Shown: piece after piece, positions 38,014-52,008 of the stretch
How positions within the stretch are numbered: the stretch's first letter is position 1
How the letters are laid out: each line of letters begins with the position of its first letter
Assembly (NCBI GenBank): GCA_012295275.1
Contig: CM022678.1
Coordinates: 14,322,001 to 14,386,000, forward strand
Origin: Chrysomallon squamiferum
Lineage: Eukaryota; Animalia; Mollusca
DNA: 64,000 nt
Direction: 5' to 3'
The notes under the pieces: model-generated
The model's input: only the letters and a program-made list of their open reading frames with translations
What the model was told of the DNA's origin: nothing
Databases searched by the model: none
Position numbers and translations under genes: made by a program

Positions 38014-39092
38014 CCAGCGTTATCACTTTGTTCCTACAATATTAATGCAGAAGGTAAGTATGATATTAATAATAGCTTTTAGTATATACCTATTTAATTA
38101 TAAAATTATTACAGAATTTTTTTAATTAAATAACACCAGTAGTGATAGTAGTAATAACTGGTGAGTATACCATCTTCCCTTGAACATAACATTAATACAG
38201 AGATAAATTATATTAACAGTAGTTACATCAGTTGTAGTAGAAGTATTAGCAGCAGCATTATTAGTAACAGCTGTTGGAATATACGTTTTTTCCTCTGAAG
38301 ATTACTGTACAAAGAACCTAAGAAATAATAACAACATAGATAGATTATTTCCAACTCTGGAGCCACGGATGAAGTAAATTAAGCTTGTGAAATGTGAAGT
38401 GATAATAAATTACTATACTCTCATTTTAATAATAATAATAATAAAGACATGATATCAGGTTTCATTTACCTGCTTATAATTGTACATCTTACTAGCTGAC
38501 GATTTGTGTACGTAATAAAATACAAACGTTATAAACAGTAAATGAAATTTTGACTATGAGATTTTTTCTTTATTATTTATTTAGTTATTTTAACACTGAA
38601 TATTTGAAAACTTTATTTATCTAAAACGGAAAATTATCCCAAAATATTTATTTCATTAAAAACAACGAATAACATAATTATTATGATTTTAACAGTGTTC
38701 ATATTTGACTTTACTGTGATTCAATTTTACATACACTTAGTATTACTAATGCTATTTTTGTTTTGAAATATTCAGAAATATTTAAATTAGTCTTTCGAGC
38801 GGATAATATCTGTTAGCTTATGAAAACAGCCGTTTTAAAAATACACAATAGGAAAAATATTTTCTACTGACTATAAACGGAAAGTTTCACTGATGAAATA
38901 TAAACCGGTGGTATGAAATAAATAAGTAATCAATAAAATATTAATAAATGGTTTGTTAAAAATAAAATATATAACAGCACATCCGAGCACAATCAATTTC
39001 TAATTAAATTATGCAACTAATAACAAATTTTTAACGCAATGCAACAATTCCGAAAGAAAAATAATGAAATTCACACAATAACGTAAATACTA

Positions 39093-39658
39093 ATCATTTT
39101 TAATTTAAAGTGGCCTAACGTAAGTTAGGCTTTAAAAAAATAGGTCTATAGACTCATTGAGTTGTTCCTCCCCACGGAAATCTTTAGTAAAAGGCGAAAG
39201 ATTTATTCGAGTGAGGAGAAACCAGAGCTAACGAGCCATTTTATTTTTACCAATTTATTTTGGACAAACACATTTTGCCTGCTGGTATTTAAAATAAAAA
39301 ATTACTATCTATATTAATTAACACTAACATAAATATTTCAAAAGCTAGACAATTGGAATGTTAACTGATGTTTTGCATTTTATGCATTAATTAAATTCAA
39401 CTTATTACAAAAAAATTATATTAATATATTTATACGAGAAACCTTTTATTAATTCAAATTACACAGAGACACAGCGCCATGGATGACCTATATTTTACAC
39501 AATTAATAATTGATGCAGTCGCTGTAGAAATTTTGCCCTTGCCAGGTCATAATCAATTGACATGTGACTGAATTTATTAGTAGAATTTCTGTTCATGGAC
39601 CGAATTGTTTAGGGAATTTAACCCTAGTTTACGAGAATTCGCAAAACCAGTTGAAAAT
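39093..39658 (+). repeat. Diverged repeat, copy 2
   Basis: Direct-orientation match to 37352-38013, with many substitutions and indels. Confidence 0.85.
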
Positions 39659-39760
39659 GTGAAAATTATTTAGAAATACTTTATACTTATAGTGATTTCA
39701 AATGAAATAGCCATTGATTTATTACTTATCAGTCAAGCTCACTATTTGATTATCCTCATA

Positions 39761-39792
<32 letters not shown>

Positions 39793-40290
39793 GAATGAAT
39801 GAATGAATGAATGAATGAATGAATAAATAGAGGGAGGGATGTGTTCTTACTTATAAAATCATATATATGCGAGTCTGTGTATGTATGTTTTTGATTATAG
39901 GCGTGTGAATTCAGACGCAGTGTCTATTCATAATGTGTATGGTGGGTGTCAACATTGGCAAAAGGATCAGAGGGCACATTACTTACTTTTAAGGATCATA
40001 CAAATTGTTTTAACATTTTAAGGGGAAATTATCCGGTTAATAGTTCATTCTTCATAATAATATACAGACAGTTCATTGTTAGTTCATAACCAGGTTAATA
40101 ATGGCATATAAACTGAATGTATTACAGACAAATATTCAAACTTTTACTTTATAATAAATACATGAGAGACAATAATGTGCATGTTGCATAAATGGGCCTT
40201 GTTAGGGCATTTTGTGATGTATCAAAAACCTACGTAGTTTAACGTTTGAAATCAATTATTTCATCGTGTTAATTATAGGGACGCTCGATA

Positions 40291-40329
<39 letters not shown>

Positions 40330-42481
40330 TTTTTTTTTTTTTTAAAGAAATGTCGATTTCCCAACCTCTAAATGTACACTAATTTACTATATGTTGTAAA
40401 GCAGAATGAGATCAAATATCAGATTATTTTGTTAGGAGAATTTCTTTAAAAAACATAATTGAAAATGCGAAAATAAAGCCGAGTGATTACGCCGAAGAGG
40501 TTTTTAAATGGAACATTTAGACGTTTTTTCTTTCACTTTCTGCCTTGTATTTTACAAACTGACCCCACATTTAGTGTTTAATAGAAATTTCAGGTGAAAA
40601 ATAACGTCTTAGATACAACAATTCTGTATGTTAGTCTGCAGAAGTGAACATCAAAATAGAAACATTACCTATTCACGAACGACAACTCTTACGAATGATG
40701 TCATGTTCGTACATCGATTGAAACAGGCCTAAAACATAGTAGTTAGCTCTATAACTCTACCTCTGTTAAGGTCTTCATAAAAGGCATACTTTATGGAATA
40801 GATGATGCAAATTTGTTAAAGATATCTCTTGAAATATGTTTTTTTTTTCCTTTTTTTTTTTTTTATGGTCGACAATTTCCAGACACTTCAAAATTCCTAC
40901 ATTCTGAATGTGGATTTTCGAGAACTTTCAAATGCAATATCTTTGTCAATATTTTAGATAACTTCAAAATGTTTTGTGTTTTTTCATCTGGAACTGAATG
41001 TCTTTCGATTGGAATAAAAAGATCTTTGTTATATAAAAATAATGTAAAAAAATTTCTTGACCTTGCTATCAAAATCATAAATTATTACTAGCATTTTGAT
41101 GGTATGCAGTTAAGTAAGAACGTATTCTCGGGTGCACATAAATGTATATTTGATTGTACAGCAGTGATAATACGGTTTAAAAATTTTTAGACAAAATATT
41201 TAAACACAAAATTTTATCTATATTTTACGGGGATAAAAATAAACGATTCCTAATATAAACATTAATAAGTACGGTATTTTCGGCATGTAACAACATTTGT
41301 TTTTAATCAAATAAAGTAATAATACAAATAAAAAAAATAAAAATATCACAATACCAAAATATATATAAAAAAGGAAAGAAAAATAAAAACATATTCCGTC
41401 AAAATAAAATGACAAATTACCCAACAAGTTAGTGTCAAATGCTGTGAAAGAACGCATGAGGCAATGATGGGATATAAAATTGATGCGTCTTTTTGACATG
41501 GAATGGGATAAACGTCGTCAAAAATAGCAACAAATACTAAAAAGACGCACAAGACTGACGGTGTTAGGTGACACTAATATAACGATCAATCACGTTGTTA
41601 ATCATTCTAATTTTCTGAATTTTTTATTTATTTTCTTCGAGTGGCAGTAATCCAGTTCAAAGATTATACTTGTTTAACCTCAGACTTTTATTTTGAACAA
41701 GGTGGTCCGACTCGGTCAGTGAGTTTTTATCACAGATTAACAGATGTTCTAATTTTCATCCAATTAGGTGTGTGTTTTTTTTTTTAGGCCATGTATGTGA
41801 TGGAATCATTCCACTTTTAAAAAATGTTCACATTAGATTAATTTTAAATACGTATGTGTGGCAAATATTCTGTATTTTAAACTCATTAGGTATGGTTTCA
41901 AATATTATAAAACAGCTTTTTACTCTAATCTATTTTAGAATTGTCTGTTATCATCACTGTTTCTTTCGTTGCTGTTTTTTTTTGGGGGGGGTTGGTTTTT
42001 TTTAAATATTATTATTATTTTGTGGGTGTTCAACGAACTTTTTATAATGTCAGAGCAGGCTGAAATAACGTTTTGTTTATCTTCATATTTGTTTATGTTA
42101 TTTTGTAGGTTTCGTTTTGTTATTATTATTGTTTCTAGTTTTATTTAATGTTGTCTATTATTATTTAATTATTCATTTATATATTTTTTGTATTTCATTT
42201 GTTTTGTGTTAAATTATTTACAGCAATATATATATATAGATATGAATGTCACAACAGAAATCATATTGGTTACACTTCCGCGACAGAACTAATAAAATGG
42301 ACGATTCAAAGGCAGATAATGCATATTAATAACAAACAAGATAAAAATGTCAGACTATAAATTACTCACCACGAGTCTGCACCAGTGACTGCTCTGATCA
42401 ATCATCGAAGACAAGAAAGTAATATAATGTTTTGTCTGACACGAACTGTTCACAACGAAATTACACCACTCAGTGGCCAAA

Positions 42482-45400
42482 ATGGAGATACCGTTAATTC
42501 TTGCCCTTGTTTTTCTTACCTCTTCGCCTTCAGGTCTGACTGTTTATTCTAATTATATATATTTTATTTACTAGTTTAACTCAGACTTTTTAATACCTAA
42601 TTTTAACATATATTTTATAAATATTTTATTTAAATTTAAAATAGGTTATTAGAAATATTATTTTAGAAATTATCATTTTTAAAATTTAATTTGTATTAAT
42701 TAAGGTAGTAATTATAATATGTAATTTTAACATTATTTTTTACATATATTAAGCTAATAATTTTAATATATATTACAACAAGTATTATTTTAAATAAGAT
42801 TTAATTTAAACGTTTTTATAAATGTTATTAATTGTTCAATAAATCTTTTAGATTAAATAGTAATTTTAAACTTAATGTTTATTAATTATTGATAAAATAA
42901 AAGTGTTTTAGTTCAGTAGTTCATGAATATTTTACTCACTTATTCATTAATTATTACGGGACTGTTGATATCTCAGTAATATTAGATACATCGACTATTA
43001 ACAAATAATTTATACAAGTATTAATAAATCTGTTAATGAAAATATTAAATACTAATAAATGATATCGTTCTTCATATTAATTTGTCACTAGGAATAACCG
43101 CTGCTGATTTCGTATTATTTATTGTTATTATTATTTTGTTTTAAATACATTAGAAATGTGTTCAGTAACCAAATATGATTGGATATTTGTTTATAGTGTA
43201 GATTATTACGCTAAAATTTGTTTTATCATTCATAATAATAATAATAATAATAATAATAAAATAAAATAACAAAAAAACTATTGTCAGTTTGATACATCCA
43301 AATGTTTTATATAAATTAATCGAATTATATAATTTCATTGAAATTGTTGTTAATACTTTGCATTAAAGATGTTTAAACATTTTACCCATTTGTTTTTCTT
43401 GTACTACTACTACTAATAATTTGACAAATTTTTGATTGAAAGTTATTCAAATTTTTCTATTCCATCTGTAATAAATTAAGCTGCACTACTGCCTAAACAA
43501 AGTATATGTATGTATTATTTTTCAGCTGTGGTCTCGGCTCCAGCTACATTTGTGGTGTCAGTAGAGAATGCAGGACGCGCTGCTAGTGTAGCAAACCAGG
43601 CACAAACTGGAGAAGTTAACACATCAGCTAATATTCCAGTGTCACCTTCTATCAAAATGTCTGAGCCTGTTTTCAGTGCAGCTAACATGAAACCAACACA
43701 GACTGACAGCACGATACCAGAACGTTCATCTAACACTGAGTTGAAACCAGCCTCTGTTGCATTCACTGAATCACCAGCAAAGTTAGATGTAAAGAGAAAG
43801 GATTACTCAAGAATGCTAAGTTATCTCGAGCGTTTCTATTCAGCTTTAGCATCAAGAATTGCCTCTATGGAAAGACAGCTGAAGTCTGTGATTACATCTG
43901 TGCAGGGGATCAGCAAAGTAATGCAAATTATTAATCAGATGCAGAATAAGAGTTTTTCTCTTGTGCAGAAAGTGGAACATGAAATTAGTCAATCGTTACC
44001 TCACAATCGAGTTAATTCTGTAAAATTGCCAGATGTGAAGAAAACAATTCAGAATTCAGTTCAGTCCAAAGCCATAGACAAAACATCTGTCCACAAATCA
44101 CCTGTTGACAGATCATCAAGAAATAAGATGAAACCTATTGATAAATCCTCAGACAAAACACGGGTAGTTAGTAACATTAATACAATTTTACCTTCCACTA
44201 TCAACCAGCCTGTTAATATTATAACTAATGAGCCACAAGCTGACATTAAGCCTTCAGTTAACAAACAGCCTACACAAATTATAACTTCAGCTGCTAACAA
44301 ACAACCATATAACTCGCCTATATCAGATACTAATGAACTGTCAATTAATACTGTTAACAGCACCAGTCAGGTAAAAAATAAAGAAAACGTTTTGAACACG
44401 TTTCAAGTGAAATCTGAGCTAAACACGCTACAGCAGCAGAAAGTGTCAAAAACAAGAGTAATACAACATGTTCCAGAATCAGAACTCCAGCAACAAGAAC
44501 CGCGACAGCCACGACTTCTTCAACAAAGACAGCAACAACCGATTCAAGAACAACCATCAACACTGATTCATCAAAGAGAACAGCAGACACCACTGATTCA
44601 TCAAAGAGAACAGCAGACACCACTGACGCATCAAAGAGAACAGCAGCCACCACTGATTCATCAAAGAGAACAGCAGCCACCACTGACGCATCAAAGAGAA
44701 CAACAGCCACCAATGACGCATCGAAGAGAACAGCAGCCACCACTGATTCATCAAAGAGAACAGCAGCCACCAATGACGCATCAAAGAGAACAGCAGCCAC
44801 CACTGACTCATCAAAGAGAACAGCAGCCACCAATGACGCATCAAAGAGAACAACAGCCACCAACGACGCATCGAAGAGAACAGCAGCCACCACTGATTCA
44901 TCAAAGAGAACAGCAGCCACCAATGACGCATCAAAGAGAACAGCAGCCACCACTGATTCATCAAAGAGAACAGCAGCCACCAATGACGCATCAAAGAGAA
45001 CAACAGCCACCAACGACGCATCGAAGAGAACAGCAGCCACCACTGATTCATCAAAGAGAACAGCAGCCACCAATGACGCATCAAAGAGAACAGCAGCCAC
45101 CACTGATTCATCAAAGAGGACAACAGCCACCATTGACTCATCAAAGAGAACAGCAGCCACCACTGATTCATCAAAGAGAACAGCAGCCACCATTGATTCA
45201 TCAAAGAGAACAACAGCCACCACTGACTCATCAAAGAGAACAGCAGCCACCACTGATTCATCAAAGAGAACAGCAGCCACCACTGATTCATCAAAGAGAA
45301 CAGCAGCCACCACTGATTCATCAAAGAGAACAGCAGCCACCATTGACGCATCAAAGAGAACAGCAGCCACCACTGATTCATCAAAGAGAACAGCAGCCAC

Positions 45401-47141
45401 CAATGACGCATCAAAGAGAACAGCAGCCATCACTGATTCATCAAAGTGAACAGCAGCCACCACTGATTCATCAAAGAGAACAGCAGCCCCCACTGATTCA
45501 TCAAAGAGAACAAAAGCCACCATTGATTCATCAAAGAGAACAGCAGCTACCACTGATTCATCAAAGAGAACAACAGCCACCACTGATTCATCAAAGAGAA
45601 CAGCGGCCACCAGTGATTCATCAAAGAGAACAGCAGCCACCAGTGATTCATCAAAGAGAACAGCAGCCACCACTGATTCATCAAAGAGAACAGCAGCCAC
45701 CACTAATTCATCAAAGAGAACAACAGACACCACTGATTCATCAAAGAGAACAGCAGCCGCCATTGACGCATCAAAGAGAACAGCCACCACTGATTCATCA
45801 AAGAGAACAGCAGCCACCAATGACGCATCAAAGAGAACAACAGCCACCAATGACGCATCAAAGAGAACAGCAGCCACCACTGATTCATCAAAGAGAACAG
45901 CAGCCACCACTGATTCATCAAAGAGAACAGCAGCCACCAATGATTCATCATAGAGAACAGCAGCCATCAATGACGCATCAAAGAGAACAGCAGCCATCAC
46001 TGATTCATCAAAGAGAACAGCAGCCACCACTGATTCATCAAAGTGAACAGCAGCCACCACTGATTCATCAAAGAGAACAGCAGCCACCACTGATTCATCA
46101 AAGAGAACAGCAGCCTCCACTGATTCATCAAAGAGAACAGCAGCCCCCACTGATTCATCAAAGAGAACAAAAGCCAGCAAAACAATTCCAGCAAACACCA
46201 CCAATACACCCAAGTCAAGACCAACAGCCTTGGCAGCTTCATAAAGAAAAAGAGCAACAACAACTAGAGAAGAAAACACAGCAGTCAATGTATAGAAAGA
46301 TGAAACCGTTCTCCAAACCACTAACAACAGTGAATACCATCAATCATGTAATACCTTATTCAACACATAATATTGGTCTGTCAGATATTAACACTGTTTT
46401 TTCTATTCTAAGAGAATTTATGGAAGTTTCAGGAACCTCAAACGATCTAGGTCCACCAAATGGTTACATTGTTGATGCTCCAGCAGAAACAGCTAGTGCA
46501 AACAACAGTGTGCTTCAAACAGAAAGAGCACCTCAACAACCACATAGCAATGTTCAAACTCAAAAAATTCCTGAACAAGTAGCCACCAAAACACAAACAG
46601 ATGTAGTTGATTCACAACCAGCTGTCATAGAAATTGCAGAAAATTCAAATCCAGCAGCTCCTCCAGGAACAGTAATGTCTAAATCTGATTCACAGCCAAG
46701 TCCAAATGCAGAGGTTCCAGAACTGGGCATGTATGATTTTTTCAACATGTTGTCCAAAATGATGATACCCAGCAAAACCACGCCAACAAAACACAAACCT
46801 CCAGCCATTCCTTTTGATCAACAGTCAGCTGAGAAAATTAAACTAATGGCCAGCATTTTTGAAGTGAGTAGCCTAATGCATGCCTTCATTGTTAAATCAT
46901 TTAAATAAATATGCTATTTATATAACAATTACAATTACAATCAGATTCATGCAAGTACAAAACCTTCAATGAAAGAAATCAGCACCACATAGCCCAGTGT
47001 AATATCAAAGAAAAGATTGACAAATTGTCTTAGATCTAAATCCTTTATTATGATTACTTGAAAAAACGTTTTACCTTGTACCAGATAAACCATTTAAGGT
47101 TTTTTTTTTTTTTTTTTTTTTTTTTACAGGCATTCTTTTGA
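42482..47141 (+). CDS. Secreted Gln/Pro/His-rich repetitive protein, 1133 aa, unknown function
   Basis: Exon 42482-42533 (MEIPLILALVFLTSSPS) and the start of exon 43526-46863 (AVVSA) form a signal peptide. Exon 2 ends GAA|GTGAGT. A terminal micro-exon 47130-47141 (AFF*) follows a long poly-T acceptor. The total of 3402 nt is in frame. Confidence 0.85.
44561..46172 (+). repeat. Coding 30-nt minisatellite, ~54 units, consensus peptide (L/M)(I/T)HQREQQPP
   Basis: Consensus cactgattcatcaaagagaacagcagccac. One unit near 45780 is 27 nt (in-frame codon loss). Confidence 0.95.
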
Positions 47142-48892
47142 AGATATGGAAGATTTGAAAAATAGGCTGAGATCACAAAATAATTTCTGTAAACATTACA
47201 TCTGCAATATAGGCTATTTCTGTGGCTAATACATATCTTTGTATGAAAAAAAAAAAGAAGTAAATTTACTTGCAAATGTACTGCCTCAGTTTTTATTTGG
47301 TTGTTTGACTATTTTGTTTTGCAAAAGCAAATCACAGATACTAAAGAACAGTAACATAATAAAGGACTACGTCTTCTTCCTTCAAAAAAGTAAGAAGTGC
47401 AATTCTTCATACACTGCTTCACACAGGTTAATATTACTAGTTGGAACAGATCTGTGAGATCAGAATTCTTATTTATTGAGCTGCTCTTCCTTCAACCAAA
47501 GCAAGGATTATTTTCAGTAGCCAAAGTCTCACAGAAAAAATGTGTGCTTATACTCATGACACTAAGCCAATCATTCCTGTTAATAAGCGACCAATGTATT
47601 TATGCTCTACAAATAAAATTTTATAATAAAAGTCATTACCAGATAGTTAAAATAAATCAGTGTTTGATTTACTTCTTACTATTAGAAGAGGAACATATGC
47701 TGAGTGAAATCAAACTCTTCAAAAATCAAGACAGTTACTGTGAGTGTTGACAACCATGTTTATAAGTGGCTGTTCCAATTTTAACTGTAGTTGGTAATGG
47801 ATCTGAATGATGGTATTATTTGTCTCAGCTACAGTCAAGAACATTTCAACATATTAATACATAGCTGTTTTTGTTTTAACTGTTCAAAGAAACAATAAAA
47901 TACTTTGTGTGTTAAACACTGAATTAATTCAAATATGAAAATATATTATTGAATTAGCTCATACATGCTAAATTCTAATGTTATTTATTTTTGGATGAAT
48001 GTTAAGCATTTCTTTATAACATAAAACCTTTAGAAGGAACAAGACAACCTTTATATATATATATATAATTTTTTTTTTAATAGTTTTATGCTTGAGGTCC
48101 TCTATTATAACGAGAGAAGAAATCCAAAGCAAGTATATTTTCTTTGTCACATGGATGGAACACTAACAAGCGGCTTGTCTAGGGCATGTACTGCTTCTTT
48201 TAATAAATTGATATTCCTGACTGCTGAATTAAATATAACTAACATCAAATTATTTGTATTGTGGATTATCTAAATTAAAAAGAAAGCAAACATTTACCAG
48301 ATGTATATTTAAATGACTTGTTGATATAAACTGTAGATGAAGTACTATACTAACTCAAAATACCTTTCAGTAAGCAGAGATATTAAAAAAACAGACAATA
48401 ATACACCTCAGATGTTAGAGTTTATTCAGTCCTCACTGTACATTTATAAACAATAACAAGTAAATAATGTCTGTCTTTTTAAAAAAAATTTGTTTAACTT
48501 TAAGATAGTTTTTCAGTTCTGTTACAAAGACTGGTTTTAATGAACATTTACTAGAACATTAAGACTACTAAAATATCTTCAAAAGATCAATGGTTAATTA
48601 TTCAAATAATAGTTCTCTTAGAATTTCACACATAATAAAGATTTTTATTTATTTTATAAATAGTATTCTTCATTATATACATTTAAAAAAAAAGACTGAT
48701 ATAAATCCCTTTTTGTCAAAAACCAGGATTAATTCAAAGATGTTGTAAGAATACAAATATACCTTTGTTAAATTATTAAAAAAAGTTCATCCAGAAATCT
48801 TCTAAAACTTGGTTGTGTGACAAATGTTTTACTCTCTAGGATAAATGTCACTTTCACACAATGTCTACAAGTACACACAGAAATACCACACA

Positions 48893-50627
48893 TTATTGTT
48901 TATTCCATTCTCGTTTCTCCTCCTTCTCTCTCTTTATCTCCTCCAAGTATGGTGATAGGTATTTCACATCCTATAATATAAAAAACATTTAAATGACACA
49001 AAAATACATTCATATTGAAACTAAATAACTAGATTTTTTAAACCGGCTTCTTTGTCAAGTACAATATCATGGGCCTCAAACTGAACCTCACTACAGTTCC
49101 AAATACTTGATTATTTTGCCCAAGCAAGTTGCTACCAGCTAATTATAAAGATTTTAAATTTGATTAAAATTATGTATGCCCATTTACACAAACACTGAGT
49201 CCAGTGTTGTCAAAATAGTGTTGATGTTGGAATTAGTAATTATAGTGTATATAATCACTTTAGATTAAAATAAAACTTAATCAGTAAATAAATGATCTCG
49301 TTTTTATACAATTTATGAAAGATTTTCTCATTTAAATCTGAAATGAGTAAAAATAATTTGTAAATAAACTAAACTTTGAGAAAACAACTGACAGCATTTG
49401 ATAGATGGTAATTCAAAAGCTAACAGATGAATTTCTGACTTAGATGAACATTCACTCTCAAGGAAAAATTTAGCAAACTTGGATAATCAAGCTTTTTTAT
49501 CAAACATTTTTAATAACACTTAGGATTCTTTTTTTTTAAATTACAGTGTGTGCATCTGTCTGCAGTTTGTGTCTATGTATGCTCATGTGTACACATTTCA
49601 AAATACCCTTTCATATGTTGTCCACTCTGTTTTGGGTAAAATTTCCTTCTTTCCACTAAGATGGAGAGCTCGAACAATTCTGAACATCCTGGCATCATAT
49701 TCATCTTTTGGTAGTCTCTGCAAAGCCTCTTTCACATCTGCCGTCTCGTCCAGAATATCATCACGCATAAGACCTGAACAAAATTTAAACAAAAGTGAGC
49801 CCTATGACAAATTCAGCTGTTTCATATCTATTACCTGATATGAATTGAGTTAATTTTATCAAGTTTAATAGGTAACTTCATAATCTTCTGTTTAGTTTAA
49901 TATTTCCTCTTGATTTTGTGACATTACATTTTCACATATTATGACAAGCAAAAAGGTCGTTATTGGTTATTCTAACAGATTATTATGTTTTAATAAAATG
50001 TTGGAATGTCAGTTTTTTTTTTTTTTTTTATGAAATGAATTAATACTAGTAAATAACAAAACTTCACTTCAAAAGAAATGGGAGATTTTATTTTAATTAA
50101 AAGACAGTTTCAAGACATTTATCATTAATAAGGAAATATGCAACATTTTATTTGAATAGGGTACGTTTTATGCAAAAGAGAATTGTACATGCAATCACTA
50201 CCCAATGTACGGACAAAAAAAATGAATCACCGTGTTAAATTGAAATGGCAAGATTGTGGAGATGAAAATGTCAAACTCACCAAGTTGGTTGAAGTATGAT
50301 CTGTTGTATGCCCATTTGGCCAGAGCTTTCTGCCAGGCTGGAACTGAAAATCGGTGGGAAAAATAATATTAATAATAAAAAATATAAACAAAACTTTCTG
50401 TCAAAATCTGAGGTTTTATGTTATCACGTTTTCTTCAAGTACAAACCACGACCTTAACCAAGATTAGATTTATTATTTTAAGTCGCGATTAGTTTATAAC
50501 TAGTGCAAATCAAAGGTTGATTATTTTAATTACAATAAAACCGCATAAGCCGTTATACATTATTAAATTAAATTATCTATAGGTTAAAACAGTCTATACC
50601 TTCCTTCGCAACACGTCGAGCCGCCAT
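48893..50627 (-). CDS. UQCRB: Cytochrome b-c1 complex subunit 7, 111 aa
   Basis: Exons 50627-50600, 50343-50281, 49773-49607, 48970-48893 give [111 protein letters not shown]. Confidence 0.97.
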
Positions 50628-51736
50628 CGTGACCTTCGTTGCGAGTCGTGACTTTGTTCGAAGTTTGTGTTTTCGTTTCCTTCGTTACATCAGCGCACCG
50701 ATGACTTGTCGCCAAGAATCATGTAGATATCACGAAATAAGAAAAAGAAAACATTAGAGAAGAAAAATAAGAAAAGACAAGAAAAAGAAAAGAAAACATA
50801 AACAGCATTATTTTGTAATGGCTGAAGTCCAAGTGGGCTACAAATTAATGACATGTATTTTTATGCACTGTCTCTTGTCAACCGATTTGGTAGAACAAAA
50901 AGAGAGAATCATATATACCGTAATCGTTGGCTAGAGAATTTGTACCAGGAATCCAATAATTAATTACCTGATTTCGGAAATTCACAACATGCAGTATCTG
51001 CAAAATTTCGATTTTAATATTTTTAAAATTTTAAATTATGTTATTTTATTTTATTTTATTTTATTTTATTTTATTTTATTTTTTAAGTTTCCTCTCAGAA
51101 GACATGGTAATTAAATAATATCAATTTGTCGTTACCCAAATTACTGCATTAGGGAAACACACACACACACAATGCACGATTTGTAAGAACCTTGAATTTT
51201 TTACGAATATTATATTAATATATTAATATAAATATTGCAAAACTTTCTAAAACTTTACAACTTTTTAATTCTGAAGTGTCAAAGAGAAAACTAATTGCAA
51301 TTAATTCCCTTATTGTTTCAGCCGAAACAATAGATATGAATGATTCATTTTAAAATTTGTCCTTCGTACATTCTAGGAACATGAATTCTTTGTCTTAGAA
51401 AATGATAGATCTGTTTTTATTATTATAATTTGTTGTTTTTTGTTTGGTTTTTTTTTTGTTTGTTTTTTTTAATTATTATGATTTTATCTGAGACACAGTT
51501 ACTTTCTGCAGTGGGATAAAAAAAAAACTTCTCACGAATCTGAAATTTGAGTTTTAAAAGGACTTTTTTCTTCTTTTTCTTCTTGATAAGGATAGCGAGC
51601 ACATGCTAAAACTGATTAGGACATACGTGAGATATGTGACTAAGATATAGCTGATAAGTAATTATGAAATGATTCATTTGAGACTTAAATGGAAAAATTA
51701 TTATTATTATTATTATTTTGTTTATTTATTTATTTA

Positions 51737-51804
<68 letters not shown>

Positions 51805-52008
51805 GCTAGAGGCCGCCACGTTCTATATTTGAGACATTAAAATATATAAAAGGAAAAGCTTGTAACATTAACAATAATAAATAAATAAATTGCAAACAAA
51901 TTTTTTTAGTGGACTCAAATTGTTTGAGAATCTGATTATTAATTTTTAATGTTATTAACGCAGCAAAGAACTGACACAACAAATTGCCACAATCGTAGCT
52001 GACACTAA

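Noticed and set aside
44561-46172. CRISPR-like appearance of regular 30-nt repeats
   Set aside because: The units are head-to-tail with no unique spacers, lie inside a eukaryotic coding exon, and there are no cas genes.
44354-46327. 657-aa antisense ORF (AAVLFDESVV repeats) and WWLLFSLMNQ-repeat ORFs
   Set aside because: Shadows of the stop-free 30-nt repeat. Only the + frame extends into unique sequence with a signal peptide and splice sites.
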